A DNA stretch of 64,000 nt from Flavobacteriales bacterium (GTDB lineage Bacteria > Bacteroidota > Bacteroidia > CAIKAF01): assembly GCA_044376575.1 (NCBI GenBank), contig JBILKR010000001.1:109492-173491 (forward strand), given 5' to 3'. Made by a program: the position numbers and the translations under genes. Each line of letters begins with the position of its first letter. Position 1 is the stretch's first letter. Positions 47,149-54,679 of the stretch are shown piece by piece. The notes beneath the pieces were generated by a model. That model searched no databases, was not told the DNA's origin, and was given only the letters and a program-made list of their open reading frames with translations.

Positions 47149-49824
47149 ATGCTTACAAAGCTTGTTATTCTGAATTCAAAAGTTTATGGAAAAGCGGAAG
47201 TCCGTTTTGATGATATTGATTCATTGCAATTGGTTGGTCCCAATAATATTGGTAAAAGTACCCTGATATATGCGTTGAACTTTTTATTTGTGATTGATGG
47301 TTCTAAAATGAGTTTCAGTGGAAACAGAAAAGGCGATAAAGAAACGATTCATCACTACTTCCCGAATCCCAATCAGAGTTATATTCTTTTTGAAATTAAA
47401 AAAACACGCAACTACTGTATTCTTCTTAAGCGAGATGTAGATGGCGAAATTGAATATTATGAATTAGATGCGCCATACAGCGATTCCATGTTTTTTGAAG
47501 GAGATAAAAACACTCAGCGATTATTAAAATTTGAAGAGTTAAAGGCAAGACTTACAGAATTGGGCATTGCGTATTCTCAATATAAAAACAAATCCGAAGT
47601 GTTGAGCGCAGTTTATCAGCGCGGAAGACAAAATGATGCTGCGGTATGGCTTGAAGAAAATGTAAAAACAGACGGACTCACCAATAGTTTTTCAAAAGTT
47701 TATCGATACCTGATTAACTCAAAATTAATCAATAACAAAACGCTGAAGGAAGCATTGATTATTGCAGATAATCGCGAACACGAAGTGTTGAACTTTTCGC
47801 AAAAAAATAAAAAAGACATAAGCGACCTGCTTAAATTAAATGATGAAATTAAAGCCGTAAAGTCTATACAAAAAGAGTTTGAAGTTTTTCGCGAAACGGT
47901 AAATCAGTATAAAGCAAAAACTAAAATTGTTTCTGAATACATCTATGCTTTTAACCATTCGTATGAAAGTACACTGGAAGATATTGAACATCGAATTCTT
48001 AAAAAATTAAATGATATATCGCATTTGCAAAACGATATCGATGGTGTCTTGAAACCGAAGGAACAGGAGTTTAATCAACAGATTGGGGCAAAAAAACAAA
48101 TTATTGCTTTTGCAGAGAAAGAACACCAAACGCTGGTTGAATATCAAAAAAGGGTCGAGGCATTTGAAAAAATTGATTTTCTTCAACAGTCATTAAATAA
48201 CCTGGATGATAAAAGGCGTTCACTTGAACTAAAGCTTACCAAAATTGAAACGCAAAAACTATCATTAAAACAGGTTGAGCAGAAGTTGCAATCCATTCAA
48301 CAGGAAAAAGCAAAACTCGAAACCCAAATTAAAAATTTCGATGAACAATTAATTCACTCGCTGTCTTCAAAACAAGAAACGAAAAAATTATTAAATACTA
48401 TTTTCTCTGAAGAGTTCACCAGTCTGCCGGCTTCATTAATTAAAAAGAAAGTAAGTAAAACCGGGAAAACACTTCAGATTTTTGACGGTGAAATTGCACT
48501 TCCGGAAAAAATGGAGCTAAAAGATCTCCCATCTGTAGATGTATTGAAAACTGAATTAAATGAAGTTAAAGCGGAAGAAAAAGAATACAAAGAATTACAA
48601 TCACTGATCTCAAATATTGAATCCGGTAAAAAACAATTATCAGATACACGCACAGAGATACAAGAAGTACTCGAAAAAATTAAAGAAGTGGAGGCTTTGC
48701 CAGCACTTCAGAAAAAAGTAAAAGAGAAAGAAGCAGAAATTAAATCACTACAACAAGAGAGAATTGCACTGGAACGTGATTTGAAAAAACTGCTCGAAGA
48801 CATGGTCGAAAAGGCAGAAGCGCTGAAAGGCGAACATGAAGGAAAAATTAAAATGGAGCAACGCCGCGATTTGTTAAGACAACGTAAACTGGAATTGGAA
48901 ATCATCGGAATCGAACCCCTTGAATATACAACAAATGAAAGTTTAGACCAGGTATTCGAAAAAATACAGTTATACAACAAAGACCGTGAAATTCTGAAAG
49001 CGGGAAAAGATAGCAAGTTTGACTTACTTCGATTTAAATTACACAACGCAATTTCAGACGAAGAAGAATTTATCAAATTCGTGGAAGAAGAAATTGCATG
49101 TATTCACGATAAGGAGAAAAGTATTGAAGGCTTGTTACAAAGCATTTCTACACAGTTTGCCAATCCTGCGTTTAACTTGTTCAGAAGATATCAGGAGTTC
49201 AAAGAATTCATGTATTCAAGGTTTAATCAAAAACTTTCAAAAATCAGAATTTCGAATATTGAAGACCTTCGCATTGAAATCGTAGATAATCAAAAGATCA
49301 TAGGTGAAATCAAAAAAATCAGTGCCATTCAGGATTTTACAGGACAGCTGATGTTTGAGTTTGATCAAAGTGAAAACCTTCAGGTGTTAAATCACTATCT
49401 GGATACCGGTAAAAAAATCTCTTTTGATGAATTGTTTGACATTGAACTTCAGTTAACGATTAAGGGCGAAAATAAAAAAGTTGACTTAAAAGATCAGGTT
49501 GAATCTGATGGAACCGACCGTATGATTCGTCTGGTGATTATCATGGCGGTAATTAACAGGCTTGCACTTAGTGACGAATTAAACCGGGTAGTATTGTTTA
49601 TTGATGAGATTGGAACCATCGATGAACACAACCGTCCAGAGTTGGTAAAATTCTGTCGCGAACATCACTTCATTCCCATCTTTGCAGCACCACAGGCATT
49701 TGATGGATTTGACAAATATTATTTCATCATCCGACAGGCTGGAAAAATTAATGTTGGCGAGCGCCATGCTGTAATTAGTCAGCACAGAAGTCCGGCCGGA
49801 ATTTCTTCTAATGAATCAAAATAA
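47149..49824 (+). CDS. SMC-like coiled-coil ABC ATPase of the MukB/MksB/JetC type (compact, 891 aa)
   Basis: Walker A is VGPNNIGKST (aa 29-38). About 600 aa are K/E/L/Q heptad-rich, interrupted by a ~70-aa non-coil segment around aa 401-467. Signature-like motif is QVESDGT. Walker B is VVLFIDEIGTID (aa 814-). This is followed by HHFIPIFAAPQ, which resembles the MukB-type LIIAAPE motif. Confidence 0.65.
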   Translation: MLTKLVILNSKVYGKAEVRFDDIDSLQLVGPNNIGKSTLIYALNFLFVIDGSKMSFSGNRKGDKETIHHYFPNPNQSYILFEIKKTRNYCILLKRDVDGEIEYYELDAPYSDSMFFEGDKNTQRLLKFEELKARLTELGIAYSQYKNKSEVLSAVYQRGRQNDAAVWLEENVKTDGLTNSFSKVYRYLINSKLINNKTLKEALIIADNREHEVLNFSQKNKKDISDLLKLNDEIKAVKSIQKEFEVFRETVNQYKAKTKIVSEYIYAFNHSYESTLEDIEHRILKKLNDISHLQNDIDGVLKPKEQEFNQQIGAKKQIIAFAEKEHQTLVEYQKRVEAFEKIDFLQQSLNNLDDKRRSLELKLTKIETQKLSLKQVEQKLQSIQQEKAKLETQIKNFDEQLIHSLSSKQETKKLLNTIFSEEFTSLPASLIKKKVSKTGKTLQIFDGEIALPEKMELKDLPSVDVLKTELNEVKAEEKEYKELQSLISNIESGKKQLSDTRTEIQEVLEKIKEVEALPALQKKVKEKEAEIKSLQQERIALERDLKKLLEDMVEKAEALKGEHEGKIKMEQRRDLLRQRKLELEIIGIEPLEYTTNESLDQVFEKIQLYNKDREILKAGKDSKFDLLRFKLHNAISDEEEFIKFVEEEIACIHDKEKSIEGLLQSISTQFANPAFNLFRRYQEFKEFMYSRFNQKLSKIRISNIEDLRIEIVDNQKIIGEIKKISAIQDFTGQLMFEFDQSENLQVLNHYLDTGKKISFDELFDIELQLTIKGENKKVDLKDQVESDGTDRMIRLVIIMAVINRLALSDELNRVVLFIDEIGTIDEHNRPELVKFCREHHFIPIFAAPQAFDGFDKYYFIIRQAGKINVGERHAVISQHRSPAGISSNESK

Positions 49825-51024
49825 TTGGATATGCAAGGAGTAGAACCGATTACCATATTGCGCTTTCTTACCAATCATTTTGAAGTGGTAAAAGAGTTGT
49901 ATGAAATTCAGACGAATGATGGACTTATTCGCAAAGAGCAATTTCATGAAACAATTAAGAACAGCGGATCAGAAATTACGCAGCAGTTTTATGATTATAA
50001 AATCATTAAAACCGTTGGCGAAGATGTTGAGATGCGAAAAGTTTTTGTGGATCTCTTGTCTTTTATTTTGGTGGAATTTCGTCCGATACTTCCCGAATCC
50101 ATCGAAAAATATTACGGGGTTATTCATGAACTCTTCAGAAAAATAAAAACGGGAGAAGCCGCCGATCGTATGATCATGGAAGCCCGCATCGAAGAACTTT
50201 CAGAACAGATCAAGGAATTTGTAGAGCAAATTGAAAAAAACACTGTTCGACTATTAAGTGAATCGCGCGAATTAAAGGCAAATCAGGAAAAAATTGACTA
50301 TCGTCAAAAACTTCATAAAGCATCATTTTGGATTGACTATTACATCATCCCGTTAAATAAAATTCTGGATGTAAATAATCAGCTTTCAATTGCATATAAA
50401 CTGGCTGAAGTGGCCGAATACGTTAATCATAAACGACTGGTATATCCGGATGAAAAAATTCGTCTTCGTTTTGAAAAGATGTATTATCAACTGGTTCAAA
50501 CCAATGATGATTTAATTCGAAATTCAAAAATCCTCACCAATGAGTTGTTGCCGCTGATTGAGCGTATCCGAACCGAATCTACAATTCTTGCAGGATGGAT
50601 ACAGTTCCTTAAAAATCCGTTCCGCCACGAAACACCAGAGATGTTGAAAGAGTTTTCGCCCAGTGTATATTCGAATGACATGTACTATAACACCAAAGAA
50701 TTTTTTGAGCAGTTTGATGTACAGGATGAAGTAATTTTTGACAGCGATGGCGAAGATGTGGACAAATGGATTTACAATAAAGCATTCTATAAAGAAAGAT
50801 TGTTGAGCCAACTTCCGGTAGAAAATTTTTTCGATTGGATGCAATCACAAATCAAACAAGAGTTTGGAGAGGCCGATACTGAAAAGCTATTTACACTTGC
50901 CAGCCTTGTGTTTGAAGAAGATTTAAAAGTCGAATTTTCTGAAGCCAATCAATACATCGAAACAGAAACATCAAAATTTAAAGTACCAAAAATTAAAATA
51001 GAACAAGATGGTTTACCCGAGTAA
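49825..51024 (+). CDS. All-helical hypothetical protein in kleisin (MksF/JetA-like) position
   Basis: Starts directly at the stop of the ATPase gene (TTG 49825 or ATG 49831). It has a central coiled segment, ARIEELSEQIKEFVEQIEKNTVRLLSESRELKANQEKI. No catalytic motif was recognised. Confidence 0.35.
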   Translation: MDMQGVEPITILRFLTNHFEVVKELYEIQTNDGLIRKEQFHETIKNSGSEITQQFYDYKIIKTVGEDVEMRKVFVDLLSFILVEFRPILPESIEKYYGVIHELFRKIKTGEAADRMIMEARIEELSEQIKEFVEQIEKNTVRLLSESRELKANQEKIDYRQKLHKASFWIDYYIIPLNKILDVNNQLSIAYKLAEVAEYVNHKRLVYPDEKIRLRFEKMYYQLVQTNDDLIRNSKILTNELLPLIERIRTESTILAGWIQFLKNPFRHETPEMLKEFSPSVYSNDMYYNTKEFFEQFDVQDEVIFDSDGEDVDKWIYNKAFYKERLLSQLPVENFFDWMQSQIKQEFGEADTEKLFTLASLVFEEDLKVEFSEANQYIETETSKFKVPKIKIEQDGLPE

Positions 51025-51571
51025 TCATAGAACAATCGTTGAAGATTTAATGAAAGGAAAGTTTGTGCTTTCTGCAGAAAAGCATTTTGAATCATTAAAA
51101 AACAATGAAGAATTTTATCAGCAGTTTTTTCAGGAATCGTTTGGCCTTGCATTGCGCATTCAAGCCGAATATGCATTTCTGATTTCTACAGTTACCAACG
51201 AAACACTTTCTAAATCTATCAGTATATTTTTTGCAGTGTTGTGTTATGAACTCGATAAGGACGGAAAGAATTTTATGGATCAGTTGCAATATAACGAGTT
51301 TGACATGGATACCATTGAACGGTATTTTCAAAACACCTCCTATATTGATTTGGTGAAGGCAACAAAACAATTGGAAGACGAAGAAAAACGTAAAACACTC
51401 ATTGAAACGATGCGCCGCAGAAACATCATTGAAAGAACCGGTGAAGATCGTTTTATATTTACTTCTGCATATAAAGTGTTTACGGAGTTCGCTCTTGAAC
51501 TGGTGCGTAAGAAAAGAGAAGAGCGTGCGTCAGAAGAAGCTGAAAAACAAATTGACATCTGGAAAGAATAA
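51008..51571 (+). CDS. MksE/JetB-like (DUF4194-like, KITE-type winged-helix) protein
   Basis: LMKGKFVLSAEKHFESL...FFQESFGLALRIQAEYAFLIS...SISIFFAVLCYEL...RRRNIIERTGEDRFIFTSAYKVF parallels the DUF4194 pattern (LLKG..., GLEL...EGYAFL, LL.VLLR, GFL.R...Y). It overlaps the preceding ORF by 17 nt. Confidence 0.5.
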   Translation: MVYPSNHRTIVEDLMKGKFVLSAEKHFESLKNNEEFYQQFFQESFGLALRIQAEYAFLISTVTNETLSKSISIFFAVLCYELDKDGKNFMDQLQYNEFDMDTIERYFQNTSYIDLVKATKQLEDEEKRKTLIETMRRRNIIERTGEDRFIFTSAYKVFTEFALELVRKKREERASEEAEKQIDIWKE

Positions 51572-51573
51572 AA

Positions 51574-52461
51574 ATGAAAAAAAATCTTCAACTCATTGTT
51601 TTTATTTTCTTTTTTCTTTTTAACGGAAGAAGCATTGCACAGTCTTTCACGGAAAGTTTTGAAAATGTTGACAGTCTGTTGAGCAATGGATGGTATCAAA
51701 CCAATAATTCTGAGCCCATAGGAACAGGAACGTGGAGACAAGACAATGGAAATTTTACAGCACACAGCGGATCGCCCAACTCTTCAATAATCTGTGATTA
51801 TTCAAGTGTTGCCGGGTCGGGAAATATTAGCCATTGGTTGTTTACTCCGGTTATTAATTTTTATGCGGGTGATACGTTGTTTTTCTGGACGAGATCTTAT
51901 GCAAATAATTATTACGCTGATCGATTGGAAATACGCGCATCCATAACAGGCGCAACAATTAATGTGGGCAATGATCAATTTTCAACCGGTCAGTTTACAG
52001 AATTACTTTATACAATTAATCCAACATTAGATACGACCTTTTCAGCCTATCCGCTGACATGGAAAAAATATACGCTTCCTGTTTCTTCTGTGATGGCAGG
52101 GAATTCAGGACGCATAGCTTTTCGTTATTTTGTGGAGAACGGCGGAGCTGATGGTGTGAATGGTTCTACCATTGCCCTCGACGATCTGTATTACAAGTCG
52201 AACGAACCAATGTCAACACAAACGGAGGTTATTTTAAATGCAAATATATTTCCGAATCCCGCTTCTACTTTTATTACAGTTCAGTTGAATACAAATGCAA
52301 CATATACCATGTCTAATCTTTTGGGAGAATTTGTTTCTACAGGAATATTGAATAACGGAGAAAATAAATTAGACCTTTCTTCATATCCAAGCGGAATATA
52401 TTTGCTCTCATTTTTCGATCAAAATCAACAGATTCATACGCAGCGCATCATTGTAAATTAA
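51574..52461 (+). CDS. Choice-of-anchor J-like secreted protein with a T9SS type-A C-terminal sorting domain
   Basis: Has a signal peptide. Motifs are FTESFENVDSLLSNGWYQTNNSEPIGTGTW and HWLFTP. C-terminus is IFPNPASTFITVQL...GIYLLSF. Confidence 0.7.
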   Translation: MKKNLQLIVFIFFFLFNGRSIAQSFTESFENVDSLLSNGWYQTNNSEPIGTGTWRQDNGNFTAHSGSPNSSIICDYSSVAGSGNISHWLFTPVINFYAGDTLFFWTRSYANNYYADRLEIRASITGATINVGNDQFSTGQFTELLYTINPTLDTTFSAYPLTWKKYTLPVSSVMAGNSGRIAFRYFVENGGADGVNGSTIALDDLYYKSNEPMSTQTEVILNANIFPNPASTFITVQLNTNATYTMSNLLGEFVSTGILNNGENKLDLSSYPSGIYLLSFFDQNQQIHTQRIIVN

Positions 52462-52513
52462 TCGGATGCTTGACATATTCGGTTGACTGAGCGAATATTG
52501 AATATCAACCCAA

Positions 52514-53218
52514 ATGAATATGTCGCTTATTCAATATTTTTTTGACTTACGAGATCTCATGTATCCACAGGCCTGTGTGGGGTGTGGACAAAAATTATTG
52601 CAATCTGAAGTTGAAATTTGCATCTCGTGTTTACTTTCTCTTCCTCAGACACATTTTCATTTGCAACGAGACAACCCGGCAAAAGCCTTGTTCAGAGGTC
52701 GGGTTAATATAGATACTGTGAATGTACTTTTTTATTTCACAAAAAATGCAACCATTCAGCGGGTAATGCATGCCATTAAATATAACGGCAACAAAGAGCT
52801 TGCTGTGGCACTCGGAGAATATTACGGATCCATTATAAAACAAAATGCTCATGATCAAGCGGGCGATCTGTTGGTGCCGGTTCCCTTGCACCCTGAAAGA
52901 TTGAAACGAAGAGGGTATAATCAGAGTGAAGAGTTTGCGAAGGGATTAAGTAATATTTTAGAGATTCCAATTCTTTCCGATGGTTTCATCAGAAAAGAAA
53001 ACACAGCAACACAAACCAATAAATCAAGAATGGAACGATGGGAAAATGTAAAAGATATTTTTCAGGTATTGGATACAACGGTGTTTAATAAGAAAAACAT
53101 TTTAATTGTGGATGATGTATTAACCACCGGATCAACCCTGGAAGCCGCTGCTGAAAAGCTATTACAAGCAGGAGCAGTAAAGGTCTCTATCATCGTGCTG
53201 GGCTGTGTAATTAAATAG
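52514..53218 (+). CDS. comF: ComF family protein (phosphoribosyltransferase domain)
   Basis: N-terminal CVGCG...CISC zinc-finger-like pairs. PRTase motif is ILIVDDVLTTGSTL. Confidence 0.8.
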   Translation: MNMSLIQYFFDLRDLMYPQACVGCGQKLLQSEVEICISCLLSLPQTHFHLQRDNPAKALFRGRVNIDTVNVLFYFTKNATIQRVMHAIKYNGNKELAVALGEYYGSIIKQNAHDQAGDLLVPVPLHPERLKRRGYNQSEEFAKGLSNILEIPILSDGFIRKENTATQTNKSRMERWENVKDIFQVLDTTVFNKKNILIVDDVLTTGSTLEAAAEKLLQAGAVKVSIIVLGCVIK

Positions 53219-53219
53219 C

Positions 53220-54506
53220 TTAAATCAAATCTTTAATAAAAAACATGATTTGTTTAAATATTTCGGAGATAAAACGAATTGTAATATATAAAGAGCTTGA
53301 ATTAACAGCACTTATTAAATGCCAGGAATATCCGCTGAAACCAATCAAAAGACAAAACATTAACACGGTTGATTTATTCAGTAATCGATCTAAAATATTG
53401 TTGATAGCCGTACTAATAACAAAAATAGATTTTGGAAATAGTGTATTCAATAATTTTTCTGGAACTAACATAATGATTGCAAAAGATGTGGTTGTCCAGT
53501 AAAAAATCCAGCGCCCATAATCCCACCCCAATATGAAAAGAGGTATAACACCGAGTAGCTGTAAAATTAAAATATTTGATATGTGTATGCGATTGAAATG
53601 AATAATTGGTTTATAGTTTAAGATATTAAAATTTAATTCTGAGGTGTTGGTGAGTATAAAATATATAATGGTAATCGTGATCAACCAGGCAATTGGAGCA
53701 TAAATCCCATCATTAAAATTTTTTAATGTATTTGTTACGGATGACAATCCGTTACTTAAAGACCATGAAATAGCGTCAATTGCTGCCGGTGCCGGTTCAT
53801 AATTTGTCGTTTGAATCGGGAATTCAATCGTTTTCCACGACCCCCATATTTTATTTGCAATTTCCGGACTTCCTTTAAAATATAAAACACAAAAGAAAAC
53901 CAAAATTGCAGGGAGTATTCGAAGGGTTGAAACTATAAAACCTTTAATTTTTTGGTTGTTTTGAATGGCTATATATTTTGCTTGTAAAATCAGGAATAGG
54001 ATAGGGAAAATCAGGAATCCTGAACTTTCGTGGATCAACAGACTTGCTGAAAGTAACAGATTTAAAAATATAACATTTAGCAATCCATCTTTTACTGCAA
54101 AATGAATGCTAACGATAAAGAATAAAACAATAATAATATCTTTCCTCACCCAGAAATCATGAATTATCGGATTGCCAAGAAAAAAAACAAATGGCAAAAA
54201 GAACAATGTATATCCTTTATGAATAAAGGATTTTACAAAGAATCCAATCAGAATAACATAAGCACTTATGCATAAAAAAAGGATTGTAGTGTATGGATTG
54301 ACACCGGTGAATTGATAAATGTATAAAATCACCTGTCCCAGCAAACCCCTTCTTACAAAACCTCCTTCATAATTGATTAGAAATTCGGTAATCGGCCAGC
54401 TTTCTTTTGCATATCCATTAAATATAAACGAGAAAAATTTTATTAGCAGAATGAACAAAAAGAAGAAAAAATAAACATTCAGAATATTGTTTTTTGATCG
54501 TGTCAT
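53220..54506 (-). CDS. Polytopic membrane protein of unknown function (polymerase/GT-C-like topology)
   Basis: About 12 hydrophobic segments and no recognised motif. Confidence 0.3.
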   Translation of the reverse strand: MTRSKNNILNVYFFFFLFILLIKFFSFIFNGYAKESWPITEFLINYEGGFVRRGLLGQVILYIYQFTGVNPYTTILFLCISAYVILIGFFVKSFIHKGYTLFFLPFVFFLGNPIIHDFWVRKDIIIVLFFIVSIHFAVKDGLLNVIFLNLLLSASLLIHESSGFLIFPILFLILQAKYIAIQNNQKIKGFIVSTLRILPAILVFFCVLYFKGSPEIANKIWGSWKTIEFPIQTTNYEPAPAAIDAISWSLSNGLSSVTNTLKNFNDGIYAPIAWLITITIIYFILTNTSELNFNILNYKPIIHFNRIHISNILILQLLGVIPLFILGWDYGRWIFYWTTTSFAIIMLVPEKLLNTLFPKSIFVISTAINNILDRLLNKSTVLMFCLLIGFSGYSWHLISAVNSSSLYITIRFISEIFKQIMFFIKDLI

Positions 54507-54649
54507 TTTAATCTTTTAAAAACAGAAGTTGCTTTCTTACGTTCAAAGAAAGCAAATTTGAAATCGATTATCAACATCGGCAGACCTAATTTAATTTCAG
54601 TTTTAACCTTTTTATTCACTTCGTCTTCTGCTATCTGAAATGAAAAGAG

Positions 54650-54657
54650 TATTTTTG
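54650..54657 (+). promoter_or_regulatory. Candidate -7 box (TAnnTTTG) for rseP
   Basis: TATTTTTG ends 22 nt upstream of the ATG at 54680. Confidence 0.4.
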
Positions 54658-54679
54658 CAACTTACTATATTTATTTCCC

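Noticed and set aside
47149-49824. The 891-aa coiled-coil ATPase as SbcC/Rad50, RecN or canonical Smc
   Set aside because: It has no CxxC zinc hook, no adjacent SbcD/Mre11 nuclease, and no SMC-type hinge or LSGGQ/H-loop. It is too long for RecN (~550 aa). The C-terminal AAP motif and the DUF4194-like neighbour point to the MukB/Mks/Jet clade.
51340-51765. A 141-aa minus-strand ORF spanning the junction between the MksE-like gene and the T9SS cargo gene
   Set aside because: It is antisense to two plausible genes, its sequence is low-complexity and Ser/Cys-rich, and it has no promoter box or domain.
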